From NCBI GenBank assembly GCA_963752255.1, contig CAVVXT010000019.1, forward strand, positions 448,001 to 512,000: 64,000 nucleotides of DNA, in the 5' to 3' direction. The notes below the pieces were generated by a model. The model was not told where the DNA came from and made no database searches. It saw nothing but the letters and a program-made list of their open reading frames with translations. The position numbers were made by a program, and so were the translations under genes. Every line of letters begins with the position of its first letter. The stretch's first letter is position 1. The DNA is from Nitrososphaeria archaeon (lineage in GTDB: Archaea > Thermoproteota > Nitrososphaeria > JACIWG01). Below, in pieces: positions 51,420 through 61,252 of the stretch.

Positions 51420-52112
51420 TTAACTGTTTGAGCGAGTTCCATTTGAATTGTCAGTTGATGAAGACATCCAAGGAGTCCTCTTTTTGAATAAGTTTCTTTT
51501 GTAGAAGATAATTTTAACAATACTATAGGAAGGAATCACTGACACCAAAGTTTGAATAATGTTGAATACAGCAGTAAAGACCATAATCACTATCAAAGCG
51601 TCCATATTGCTTTGGAACTGTAACCCTAGTGTAGCGCCTAAGCTTTTGACTGCCAAAACAAAGAAACTTGGCATTAATATCCAGATTATAACGTAATTCA
51701 ATACTGACATCAGAATTATGCGAATCAAAGCGCCAAAAGTCAGTATTAAGCCAATTCCAAAGATTCCAGAAGATTTTAAGCCGATTTTTTTTGCTATATA
51801 TAGCCCGATCCATGCACCTATAATGAGGCCCATTACGGCCAAAAATGCCATAAAAGGACCTATTGGTTGAAATGTTCCAACAAAATTGAGTATTAACCAA
51901 TAAGCGAAAGCCGAGATCACACCAGCTATTGGACCATAAATAAGTGCCCCTATCATAATTGGCAGCTCAGCAATTTGAAATTGTAGATAAGGAAGAAACA
52001 TAAAGTTAAGAGTTGGAAGAAAGGTTAGTATAGCCGATAATGCAGCAAAAATGGCTGACGCAGATAAAGTTTGAACATCAATCCTGGTTACACGGTTAGG
52101 GTGTTCTTTCAC
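51420..52112 (-). CDS. ECF transporter S component
   Basis: AIFAALS, PYLQFQIAELP..G.L.YGP.AG; five to six TM helices. Confidence 0.75.
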   Translation of the reverse strand: MKEHPNRVTRIDVQTLSASAIFAALSAILTFLPTLNFMFLPYLQFQIAELPIMIGALIYGPIAGVISAFAYWLILNFVGTFQPIGPFMAFLAVMGLIIGAWIGLYIAKKIGLKSSGIFGIGLILTFGALIRIILMSVLNYVIIWILMPSFFVLAVKSLGATLGLQFQSNMDALIVIMVFTAVFNIIQTLVSVIPSYSIVKIIFYKRNLFKKRTPWMSSSTDNSNGTRSNS

Positions 52113-52785
52113 GTATCATGTCATTATTTTAGAGTTTATATAATTTTTGTAATTACTAAATTTATGGTATAATTCTAATCACAATTTAACGTATAGTCTA
52201 GCCCAAGAAGCAAATGCACTTTAACTCTTAGTTAAGTTGAATCAAAAATATGTTAAGGGGCTGCCCGTCATATTTGATTAAGAGAGGTTGTAAAGTGTGG
52301 GGAAGAATTTGTTAGGATTTCTCTGGATAAATGGCCTATTTTCTAAATGGCTGCACAGTTTTGAGGAATGCTCCAATAATTATCATTGTGACGAAACAAT
52401 TTTCCAGTTTGCCGGTTGAGAAGGCTAGTCGATAGCAAGGTGCCAGTTTAAGATTCACCTCATATGCTAGGCTTCCACTTTTTTCATCGTTATGACATAG
52501 TTCTAAGCATTTTAAATGCATATTACCCTGAGAATCCCCTATAAACTTAAATAATGCTCAATATGAGTCATTGAATATGACAAGATGGGAGAACGACTCC
52601 GTTCAAGAGAGCAGAGAATATATGCATGGAGTTCGTGAACTCTCATTTCTCAGATTCAATTATGCAATAGGATGGCAAGGAGTTAGATGGAATACGAAAT
52701 ACAACTATCAGCGTGATCACATAAACATGAATCCTACCCACACTTCACTTTCTAGTAGCCTTCTGCAATATGGAGTTGATATTAA

Positions 52786-53349
52786 ATGACTATTCCTATT
52801 AGAGTAACATGTGCACTTGATGAAGACACAGCTAGACTACTTGAAGAGATGAAAGACGAACTTAAAATCTCCCAAAGCGAACTAGTGAGAAAAGCGATCA
52901 GGTTCTTAAAAGAGTACAGAGAAATGGCAGGGGATAAGACACTCAAAAAACTGGGCATTTACCTAGATATGCTTTCCAGCGGGGAACATGTAATTCTTGA
53001 TATGGACCACTGGCTGCTCTTTCTTAAACTGATCGAAACTTCCTCTCAAAAGGACGTTTTCTGGCAAAATAATGAGGAAATCGCGAAATCCCACGCAGAA
53101 CAGTTTACTGCAAAAGGGAACTCCTTGGAAAACGTCCTCGAGCGTTTAGAGGCTTGCAATTTCTTCAAGGTAATTAAACTCTCGGATAGGGAGTTCACCC
53201 TCGTTCTGCTGTCGGAATCTTCGAAAGAGTTCGTCAAGAGGTTCTTGCTGACACTCTTGAACTCAATGGGTTTTGATGTTAGGATCAGAGAAGACTTCGC
53301 TAAGCTTCGCGTGAGCGTAACAAGTAGGGGGCCGTGGAGAGTAAAATAA
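52786..53349 (+). CDS. CopG/ribbon-helix-helix transcriptional regulator with C-terminal domain
   Basis: RVTCALDE..SQSELVRKAI; GEHVILD. Confidence 0.75.
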   Translation: MTIPIRVTCALDEDTARLLEEMKDELKISQSELVRKAIRFLKEYREMAGDKTLKKLGIYLDMLSSGEHVILDMDHWLLFLKLIETSSQKDVFWQNNEEIAKSHAEQFTAKGNSLENVLERLEACNFFKVIKLSDREFTLVLLSESSKEFVKRFLLTLLNSMGFDVRIREDFAKLRVSVTSRGPWRVK

Positions 53350-53558
53350 CCTTCATTTGGAATGACATTGGAAGAACTCATTTACTGGTTTTAGAAGTAA
53401 TAATTGAGAAGACAGAAGGAGAAAGACTAAGGAAAGGTGCGTTTAAGCAATGTTATGGATATGCTCATTTCCTTAACGCTGACTATTTTGCTATCTGCAA
53501 TTCTCGAACTCTAAGCCTATTTAGAAATCCTAGAGACAAACGTTTGGTTCTTTATTAA
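53334..53558 (+). pseudogene. Fragment resembling the type I restriction enzyme HsdR N-terminal nuclease domain
   Basis: LVLEV...AFKQCYGYAHFLNADYFAICNSRTLSLF matches the QxxxYA..a.y...N pattern; only 74 aa. Confidence 0.4.
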
Positions 53559-53705
53559 GTAATAAGAAGCATAAATTGGCTAGTAAACAACTTACCTTCT
53601 TTCTAAAGAATTGCGTGATGTATTCGAATCTAGGCCTTGTTGAGTCTACACCAAAAAAGAAACGCATTGTAATGATGTTCTCGAACAAAAGAAGAAAGAG
53701 GATGT

Positions 53706-55280
53706 TTATCGAAGACTATCGAAATCCCCTTGATCTTTTCTTGTTGTGTATCTCGTTTTCTTGTTGTTTGTTGGCTCCATGCCTGGGAATGGGAACAATG
53801 AGGAGGACTGTGTTCTCGAGTTTGCCCGGAAGTATACCAAGCCTAGAAGTAACCAAATTACTGTGCCAGCCAGTGCAAATAATGCTTCCCAAGCTGAGTC
53901 TCCACCGCCGAGCAAACCGAGCCAAACGACAACTCCAAGCATCAGGACGTTTGCGCTAAGGCCAAGAAGGGGAACTATCCGGCGTTTTAGGATTGAACTG
54001 CGCTCTTTAGCAAAGGCAAGCATCGCCACGATGTTCGTCAACCCGTAGAGTATGAAAGTGCCAACGTTTGAAAGCAAACAAATCGCTGTTAAATTTGTGA
54101 CGGAAAGGACACCGAAGGCACCGATAATCGCTGAAATCAGAGTCATCACCCAGATCCCTATTCCTGGAGTGGCGTACTGTGGATTAATCTTGCTTAGCTG
54201 CTGAGGGACTTCTGTGTCGCTGCTAATGGCATAGGTAACTCGCACGCCTGTGTTCATGCAAGCGAGAGTGGTACCGAGAATTGCCGCAAGAACGACTACT
54301 GCGACTATCATCATGAGAATGAAACCGTTTCCGCCAAGGAATACGTTTCCAAGATTGCGGACCATGTCTCCATAAGGAGCACTTGATGCTGCAGCCGCCG
54401 CTAACCCATCTTTAGGAATCCATGCTAGGAATCCGAAGTATGCGAGTAGGTATACAAAGGCTCCTTGTATTGCGAGAGAGAGAACTACTGCTCTTGGAAC
54501 ATCCTTAGGTTTTTTTGCTTCTGCTGTCAAGGCTGTGGCTGTTTCGAATCCTACCAAGACAAGTATGGCGATAGTTGCTTGAAACAATACGTGGCTAGCG
54601 TTGTGAGGAATAACTATGCTGCCGATGTTGGAGAACTCGAAGCTTAAATTGGGGTTAAGGAAGCGATATGCTAATGCCATTATTGTAACCCCTACTACCA
54701 TAGTGAGCTGGACAATGTTGAGAAGTAGGTTTGTCTTCGTTGATCCCTGTATTCCGCGGTAGGCTATGTAACCGGTTACGGTTGCAAACGCAAATGCAAT
54801 CGCTATCTGGGCGAATGGAGAAACGGCTAAACCTAGTGTCTGTAAGACCCATGACAATAGGACAGCCATGAATGCCACCATCACGCCTGGGTAAACCCAG
54901 TAATAGAGGTGAGAAAGCCAGCCGACCGCGAATTTGGCGTTGCGCGCTGAACGGTTGCTGCTGCCTCGATCAAGCCAGGCTCTTTGAGCAAAATAATATG
55001 AACTTCCTGCGCCGGATTCTGGATAACGTTTGGCCAGCCAAGCATACGAGGCAGCGGTTAGAAATGATAGGATTAAAGCTACTAAGAGCCCGAACCATAT
55101 GTCGGACGCTGTTGGGAATCCAGCAGGGTCTTTCTGAGCTGCTTGAACCTGAATGGTGATCCACAAGAACGCGCCTGGAGCTATTAAAGCCATGGCATTA
55201 ATCGTTAAGCCTGCAAGGCTCAGAGTCTTCCTCATCTTAGGGGGCTGCTGGTTTTGAATACTTGTCGTGTCACTTGCCAT
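53706..55280 (-). CDS. APC family amino acid/cation permease
   Basis: About 12 TM helices, IAPGAF in TM1, AGSSY, LVGFET..EAK, YATP. Confidence 0.87.
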   Translation of the reverse strand: MASDTTSIQNQQPPKMRKTLSLAGLTINAMALIAPGAFLWITIQVQAAQKDPAGFPTASDIWFGLLVALILSFLTAASYAWLAKRYPESGAGSSYYFAQRAWLDRGSSNRSARNAKFAVGWLSHLYYWVYPGVMVAFMAVLLSWVLQTLGLAVSPFAQIAIAFAFATVTGYIAYRGIQGSTKTNLLLNIVQLTMVVGVTIMALAYRFLNPNLSFEFSNIGSIVIPHNASHVLFQATIAILVLVGFETATALTAEAKKPKDVPRAVVLSLAIQGAFVYLLAYFGFLAWIPKDGLAAAAASSAPYGDMVRNLGNVFLGGNGFILMMIVAVVVLAAILGTTLACMNTGVRVTYAISSDTEVPQQLSKINPQYATPGIGIWVMTLISAIIGAFGVLSVTNLTAICLLSNVGTFILYGLTNIVAMLAFAKERSSILKRRIVPLLGLSANVLMLGVVVWLGLLGGGDSAWEALFALAGTVIWLLLGLVYFRANSRTQSSSLFPFPGMEPTNNKKTRYTTRKDQGDFDSLR

Positions 55281-55448
55281 CTTTTTTAGCCTCTAAAATT
55301 TCCTCTTGAAAGAAAGCGCAGGGTATTCTTCCTGTTCATCTCGCAGCTAGCGCCTCGTCTGTCGTTATCTTTTCCAATGGGAAAATTACAATTCCTTCCA
55401 TTATGATGCTCACCAATTCAATAGTAAAAAATAAAAAATGTCGAGTGT

Positions 55449-55564
55449 AATATAAAGGTAGTTAAGATTTGTTCATAACTATTGTGAAATTATCTTATAA
55501 AAATATAAAAAGGATAAATATGGATATAATATGCCCATTATGGCAATGATAATGACCTAAAATG
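55449..55564 (+). repeat. 116-bp exact direct repeat, copy 1 (promoter region ending in ATG)
   Basis: Identical to 56439-56554. Confidence 0.92.
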
Positions 55565-55612
55565 CCCAAACAAACGAAAAGGGATGGAAAGTAAATCAAT
55601 GAGGAGAAAAGG

Positions 55613-55849
55613 ATGAAAGCATACATTCTAATAAGAACAAAACCTGGAACCTCGTTGGAAGTAGTCAAGAGAATAAAAGAGAAAACCAAAGAAATGATCG
55701 CAGCAGACGCCATATTTGGCCAATACGATGCAGTCATGATTATTGAGGCCTCAGCCCTTGAGAACATAAACCAAATAGTGTACAGGACAGTTGAAAAAGA
55801 CCCAGACGTTATTCGCACGGAAACATCTATTGTGCTAGCACCTGTTTAA
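55613..55849 (+). CDS. Lrp/AsnC ligand-binding (RAM) domain protein without HTH
   Basis: AYILI, FGQYD, V.RTETSIV; 78 aa. Confidence 0.85.
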   Translation: MKAYILIRTKPGTSLEVVKRIKEKTKEMIAADAIFGQYDAVMIIEASALENINQIVYRTVEKDPDVIRTETSIVLAPV

Positions 55850-56438
55850 CCTTCAAGCAGGGATCTGGGAGTAGCTTTCAAACAAGTCGCAAGCCAATTC
55901 AGCCAGTAGAATTAGGGTCTCTGGGAAAATTCTCAGACAATCCCTCTTCGATTTTTCTAAAATACGTGGGCTTCTAGCCTCTTACGTTTTTCAGAACTGG
56001 ACCATTCATAGTTGGTTGCTAGCCAAAGTATAAGGAAATCTTGGTGGCTAAGATTTTCCCAGAAATGCATGAGTTGAGGGTCATTGCGGTACTGTCATGG
56101 AAACACATCATCATTAAAAATTATTGGAGAAGACGTTTTTCAAAGAAGAATGCCAAAAGCATTCCCTATGCATCATTTGAGGAAAGACATACTGTGGGAA
56201 AAAACTGAAAAGGGCATCTACCTTCACAGTTTTGTTCTTTAAAATCTACCAAGCGGTTTTTTAAAAAAACTGGTGTTAGCTAAAGGCCAACTCAGACAGA
56301 TGATGAGTTATCATGGTTAAATATCATTTTTGATTTCGGCACGCAGCTTTATTGTTATTACAGCTACAGAACCTATTATTACAAATGTCCAGAACAAATT
56401 TACCACGCCAAACATTATCTTATTCACCTTTAGTTTAG

Positions 56439-56554
56439 AATATAAAGGTAGTTAAGATTTGTTCATAACTATTGTGAAATTATCTTATAAAAATATAAAA
56501 AGGATAAATATGGATATAATATGCCCATTATGGCAATGATAATGACCTAAAATG
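56439..56554 (+). repeat. 116-bp exact direct repeat, copy 2 (supplies the ATG of the second AsnC gene)
   Basis: Identical to 55449-55564, 990 bp downstream. Confidence 0.92.
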
Positions 56555-56818
56555 ACAATCTTAGCTTTCGTTGATATCTTCGTGGAATCTACTGAAATGG
56601 ATGATGTCATATCATCTTTGAAGTTGCTTGAAAATCTCCTAGAGCTTTATGAGGTAACGGGTGAAGAAGATATTGTGACTTTGGTTTCCGCGGATGACAT
56701 AGAAGAGTTCAGGGAGGTTCTGAAGAACAAAATAATGAAGATCAAAGGTGTCAAAAGCACGGTTAGCTCGATTGTTCTCAAGGCTCACAAGGGGCCAAAA
56801 TGTGAAGAGGAAATGTAA
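56552..56818 (+). CDS. Lrp/AsnC ligand-binding (RAM) domain protein without HTH
   Basis: AFVDI, YEVTGEEDI, I.GVKST.S.IVL. Confidence 0.85.
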   Translation: MTILAFVDIFVESTEMDDVISSLKLLENLLELYEVTGEEDIVTLVSADDIEEFREVLKNKIMKIKGVKSTVSSIVLKAHKGPKCEEEM

Positions 56819-56946
56819 CGGTCAACGTTAGCTTGATTTCTTGATTAATAGGGTGGAAATCAAAATGCCAAAATCAATATCGCTGCTATAATGGAGGAAA
56901 GGAGTCACAGTGAACTGGTTTGTTGGCCTTTGGAGTTTCGGAATAA

Positions 56947-58605
56947 TTGATAGATGCAGTTCAAGCTCTGGCAGTAGTTTTAATACTTGGCGTGACAGTG
57001 GCTCTTGCGAAGCTGCTTGCGCCGTACATAACGCGAGTCTACACTCGAGCTCCAAGCCGTTTAGATAAGATACTGAGTCCTGTTGAGAACTTTATTTACA
57101 AACTGGGTGGTGTGAACCCTGACGAGGTGATGGGTTGGAAGCAGTACTTCCTTTCTGGCTTTCTGCTTAACGTCACCCAAATGGTAATTGGTTTTTTAAT
57201 TTTGGTTTTTCAAGGCCACTTGCCTCTTAATCCTCAAGGTTTTCCTGGCTTAAGTTGGGATTTAGCCCTTAACACGGTTGTTTCGTTTGCCACAAACACG
57301 AATCTCCAGCATTACAATGGTGAAGCCACGCTTTCTATTTTTAGTCAGATGACCGCCATTCAATTTCTTCAATGTATCTCTGCTGCGACTGGCATATGCA
57401 TGGGAATTGCCATGGTACGGGGTTTCATCGTAGGTTCCAGAGACATGGGGAACTTCTATGTTGACTTTGTTAGAACCATCACCAGAATCCTTTTGCCCCT
57501 TTGCATTATTGCTTCAGTTATTCTTGTCGCAATGGGTGTTCCTCAAAGTCTTAATGCCTCCTCTGCTGTGAAAACCGTTGAAGGAACCACACAATCGATC
57601 CTCATCGGGCCTGTTGCGAGCCTTACGTCAATTATGCAGTTGGGAACCAACGGCGGCGGGTACTATGGCGCGAACGCTGCCTATCCATTCATGAATCCGA
57701 GCCCTTACTCAGACATATTTGAGATTGCATTGATGATGCTACTTCCTTTTGCTTTGTGTTTTGTTTTCGGAGAGTTGCTTGGTAAGAGACGGGAATCTAG
57801 GCCTCTTTTGTGGGGTGCGTTAATTCTTATCGGAGTTAATTTGGCGATAGCCTCCTTTCCGAGCATTCCACTCGTTGCGCCTGGTATTGAAACGAGGTTT
57901 GGAGGTTTCATGTCCATTTTTTGGACTGTCATAACTACTGCCTTTACGACTGGGTCTGTAAACTCTTCGTTGTCGGCGATGCATCCGCTGGTGATAGTTT
58001 CGGCGTTCATGGGCATGTTCGTTCAGTCAATCCCTGGCGGAAAGGGTGTTGGCATGATGTACATGATAATGTTCATTATCATAACTGTCTTCATTGTGGG
58101 TCTCATGTCCGGTAGAACGCCTGAATACTTGGAAATTAAGATCACTGGGCAAGATGTGCTGCTTGTTATGATAACTTTTCTAATCCACCCAATTATTATC
58201 CTAATCCCTACTGTTGTCGCATATGCTTCAGGTGCGGCTTCGGCTATCGGCGTGAGCGGTAGCTCTACTGGATACACTCAGATTTTGTATGAATTTACAA
58301 CATCTGCTGCAAACAACGGTTCCGATTTCTTGGGGGCATCAGGAAACACTCTCTTCTTCAACCTGAGCACTGCCATAGTCATTTTCATTGGGCGTTATGC
58401 TCCCATCTCGATCCTTCTTGCGCTCTCGGGCTCAATGATTGGGAGAAAACGAGGCGGTACAACAGGTCTAAGGACTGACAGCCCAGTATTCACTATAGTC
58501 CTAGTCGCAAGCATCATCATACTAGTTGTTTTGACTTTCTTCCCATTCTTGGCATTAGGGCCGATTTCGTCATTCTTTAAAGGGTTGGTGAATGGTTATG
58601 GGTAA
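56947..58605 (+). CDS. kdpA: Potassium-transporting ATPase subunit A
   Basis: SFATNTNLQHY.GE, LGTNGGG, TTGSVNS, GRTPEY, SAANNGS. Confidence 0.96.
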   Translation: MIDAVQALAVVLILGVTVALAKLLAPYITRVYTRAPSRLDKILSPVENFIYKLGGVNPDEVMGWKQYFLSGFLLNVTQMVIGFLILVFQGHLPLNPQGFPGLSWDLALNTVVSFATNTNLQHYNGEATLSIFSQMTAIQFLQCISAATGICMGIAMVRGFIVGSRDMGNFYVDFVRTITRILLPLCIIASVILVAMGVPQSLNASSAVKTVEGTTQSILIGPVASLTSIMQLGTNGGGYYGANAAYPFMNPSPYSDIFEIALMMLLPFALCFVFGELLGKRRESRPLLWGALILIGVNLAIASFPSIPLVAPGIETRFGGFMSIFWTVITTAFTTGSVNSSLSAMHPLVIVSAFMGMFVQSIPGGKGVGMMYMIMFIIITVFIVGLMSGRTPEYLEIKITGQDVLLVMITFLIHPIIILIPTVVAYASGAASAIGVSGSSTGYTQILYEFTTSAANNGSDFLGASGNTLFFNLSTAIVIFIGRYAPISILLALSGSMIGRKRGGTTGLRTDSPVFTIVLVASIIILVVLTFFPFLALGPISSFFKGLVNGYG

Positions 58606-60772
58606 TGCACCTAAGATCGAACCACGGAAGAAAGATTCAGCTCCCGGAGGCGTGAAATCGGCTTTTTCAAGCAAGGTGCTGGTTGACTCAATAGTCAGAC
58701 TAAGTCCGAAGTCACTGGTCAAGAACCCTGTTATGCTGATCGTCGAAATAACATTCTTCATCGTGGCGGCAATGGCTATTGTTCCTAAGGCCTTTATACC
58801 CGTTGCGAGTCCGAGTCTGCAAATCTTCTACGTTGAAATAGCCTCCATCCTTCTTATTACGGTCTGGTTTAGTACCCTGTCGGATGCCCTTGCGGAGCAG
58901 CAGGCAAAACAAACGGCTGGAAGCTTGCGCAAGCTAGAAACAGAAGTGCTTAGCAAGAAAATCTTGACCGAGGAATGGACTAGAAAAGTTATCACGGTGA
59001 AATCAAATGAGCTCAGAAAGGACGATCTGATCCTTCTCGAGAAAGGTGACGTAGTTCCCTTGGATGCTCATGTTCTTGAGGGAATTGCTATGATAGATGA
59101 ATCTCTCGTCACGGGCGAATCCGCGCCGGTAAGGAAAGCGCCGGGGGACCCGTTGATTGGTGGTTCACGAGTGGTTAGTGATACTTTGACGGCGAAGGTT
59201 ACTACGAACCCTGGTGATACTTTCATCGATCAGATGATAAAGATGGTCGAGTCTTCGAAGAGACCGAAAACGCCCAACGAAATAGCAATTACTATCGTTC
59301 TAATTGGTCTTACTGCGATTTTCACTATAATAATAGTGGCGTTGCTTGGAATGTCTGTTACGCTTCGTCTTAATGCTGATCTTTCGGTTCTCATAGCGCT
59401 TTACGTTTGCCTTCTGCCGACAACAATAGGTGCATTATTGCCTGCAATTGGGTTATCAGGAATGTCACGATTGTACAAGCACAAGATTATTGCAAAGTCG
59501 GGCAAAGCTATTGAGACTGCAGGTGATACGGATGTTGTACTTCTGGATAAAACCGGCACAATTACTGTAGGGAACCGGCTGGCAATCGAATTTATACCGC
59601 TTGAAGGATTTACCGAACGTGATGTGGGTGAAGCAGCCTTCCTCTCGTCTTGGCACGATGATACGCCTGAGGGGCGAAGTATCCTTAGACTCGCGTACGA
59701 AAGAGGGTGGGTGCCCAACGAAATAAATGCTCTGTCAACGTCGAGAGTTCAACCATTCTCAGCTAGTACGCGGACCAGCGGAGTGCAGATAACTCAACAC
59801 TTGGGTATGAAGCTGCTGAAGGGTGGCAGATCTATCGACGAAAGGCTTCGAATCAGGAGAAAATCTTCCTCAGCCACCAAAGCAACTGTTTCTATGCCAG
59901 AACCTGAAATCGAAATAATAAAGGGTGCCCCGGAATCGATAAAGAAACTTGTGCCTTCCGTTCCTACTAATTATGACACATTAGTGGAGAAGATTTCGAT
60001 GGCTGGGGAAACACCGATAGCCATCGCACGGAACGGCAAAGCCATCGGAGTCATTCGCTTGAAGGATGTTCTCAAGGAAGGCATTAGGGGGAAAATAGAA
60101 GCTCTCAAAACCATGGGGATACGTCCGGTTATGATTACCGGAGATCAGCCTTTGACCGCAAAGAGCATTGCGCATGAGGTCGGAATCTATGAACACGTGG
60201 CCCAAGCGAAGCCTGAGGACAAGTTCAGCATCGCCAAAAAGGAGCAAGCTGAAGGTCTTATTGTAGCTATGATAGGTGATGGTACTAATGACGCTCCAGC
60301 CCTTTCGGTTGCTGATGTAGGTCTGGCCATGAATTCTGGGACTGAGGCAGCGAAAGAAGCTGCGAACATGGTTGATTTGGAATCTAATCCTGCAAAAATA
60401 ATTGACGTCATCATGCTGGGGAAACAATTGCTTATGACCCGTGGGGCTGTTACTACTTTCAGCATTGCTAATGATGTTGCAAAATATTTCGCTATAATGC
60501 CTGTTCTGTTTGGTGCTGCCATTCCCCAACTTCAGGCGTTGAACATACTTCATCTGGGGCTAAAGAGCGCTGTCTTGTCTGCATTGATATTTAATGCGAT
60601 CATCATACCGTTGCTGATCCCTCTTGCGATGCGAGGCATCGAGTTTAAGCCTACCGATACCATGACTCTTTTCCTGAAGAATGCGTTGTTTTATGGTGTT
60701 GGCGGTGTCATCGTGCCTTTCGTAGGAATTAAGCTGATCGACCTGCTTCTCATAGGAGTTTTCCACGTTTAG
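58592..60772 (+). CDS. kdpB: Potassium-transporting ATPase subunit B
   Basis: NPVM, TGESAPV, CLLPTTIG, DKTGT, GDGTNDAP, TTFSIANDVAKYF. Confidence 0.97.
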   Translation: MVMGNAPKIEPRKKDSAPGGVKSAFSSKVLVDSIVRLSPKSLVKNPVMLIVEITFFIVAAMAIVPKAFIPVASPSLQIFYVEIASILLITVWFSTLSDALAEQQAKQTAGSLRKLETEVLSKKILTEEWTRKVITVKSNELRKDDLILLEKGDVVPLDAHVLEGIAMIDESLVTGESAPVRKAPGDPLIGGSRVVSDTLTAKVTTNPGDTFIDQMIKMVESSKRPKTPNEIAITIVLIGLTAIFTIIIVALLGMSVTLRLNADLSVLIALYVCLLPTTIGALLPAIGLSGMSRLYKHKIIAKSGKAIETAGDTDVVLLDKTGTITVGNRLAIEFIPLEGFTERDVGEAAFLSSWHDDTPEGRSILRLAYERGWVPNEINALSTSRVQPFSASTRTSGVQITQHLGMKLLKGGRSIDERLRIRRKSSSATKATVSMPEPEIEIIKGAPESIKKLVPSVPTNYDTLVEKISMAGETPIAIARNGKAIGVIRLKDVLKEGIRGKIEALKTMGIRPVMITGDQPLTAKSIAHEVGIYEHVAQAKPEDKFSIAKKEQAEGLIVAMIGDGTNDAPALSVADVGLAMNSGTEAAKEAANMVDLESNPAKIIDVIMLGKQLLMTRGAVTTFSIANDVAKYFAIMPVLFGAAIPQLQALNILHLGLKSAVLSALIFNAIIIPLLIPLAMRGIEFKPTDTMTLFLKNALFYGVGGVIVPFVGIKLIDLLLIGVFHV

Positions 60773-60784
60773 GGATGATTAAAA

Positions 60785-61252
60785 ATGGGTTTGGAAAAAA
60801 AGGAAAAATGGAGTTTCAGACCGATTGTTACTCTTGCAGTTGTTTCGCTGATAATTTGTGGTATGCTTTTCCCTCTTTTCATAACCGTGCTAGGTCAGGT
60901 GTTTTTTCCGTATCAGGCAAACGGCGAGATTGTGCAGTCCAATGGAGGGGCTGTAGGGTCAAACTTGATTTCCCAAAATTTTTCTTTGCCCATTTTCTTT
61001 CATGCACGGAATGATTCTGCTTCAGGAGTCGATCCGGATATCACGGTTCAAGATGCCTACTCGCAGATACCGAGAATAAGTAATGCAACCGGTATCTCAG
61101 CTGATTCCTTGATTGTCCTAGTTAACCAAAATAAAGAGGGTGCTTTGTGGATTTTCGGAAGCCCTTACGTGAATGTGCTCCGCATTAATCTTGTCCTCAT
61201 TAAATCGTATCCTTCCTTTTACAGCGGTTTCTCTGGAAAAAGGAACGGTTAG
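60785..61252 (+). CDS. kdpC: Potassium-transporting ATPase subunit C
   Basis: FPYQANG, GS.LI.Q.F, SASGVDPDI, VNVL.IN. Confidence 0.93.
   Translation: MGLEKKEKWSFRPIVTLAVVSLIICGMLFPLFITVLGQVFFPYQANGEIVQSNGGAVGSNLISQNFSLPIFFHARNDSASGVDPDITVQDAYSQIPRISNATGISADSLIVLVNQNKEGALWIFGSPYVNVLRINLVLIKSYPSFYSGFSGKRNG

Noticed and set aside
52336-52789. Short ORFs 52336-52521 and 52571-52789
   Set aside because: No recognisable motifs; cannot be supported as genes from sequence alone.
56820-56946. kdpF
   Set aside because: No short hydrophobic ORF with the YL..A...PE.F pattern was found.
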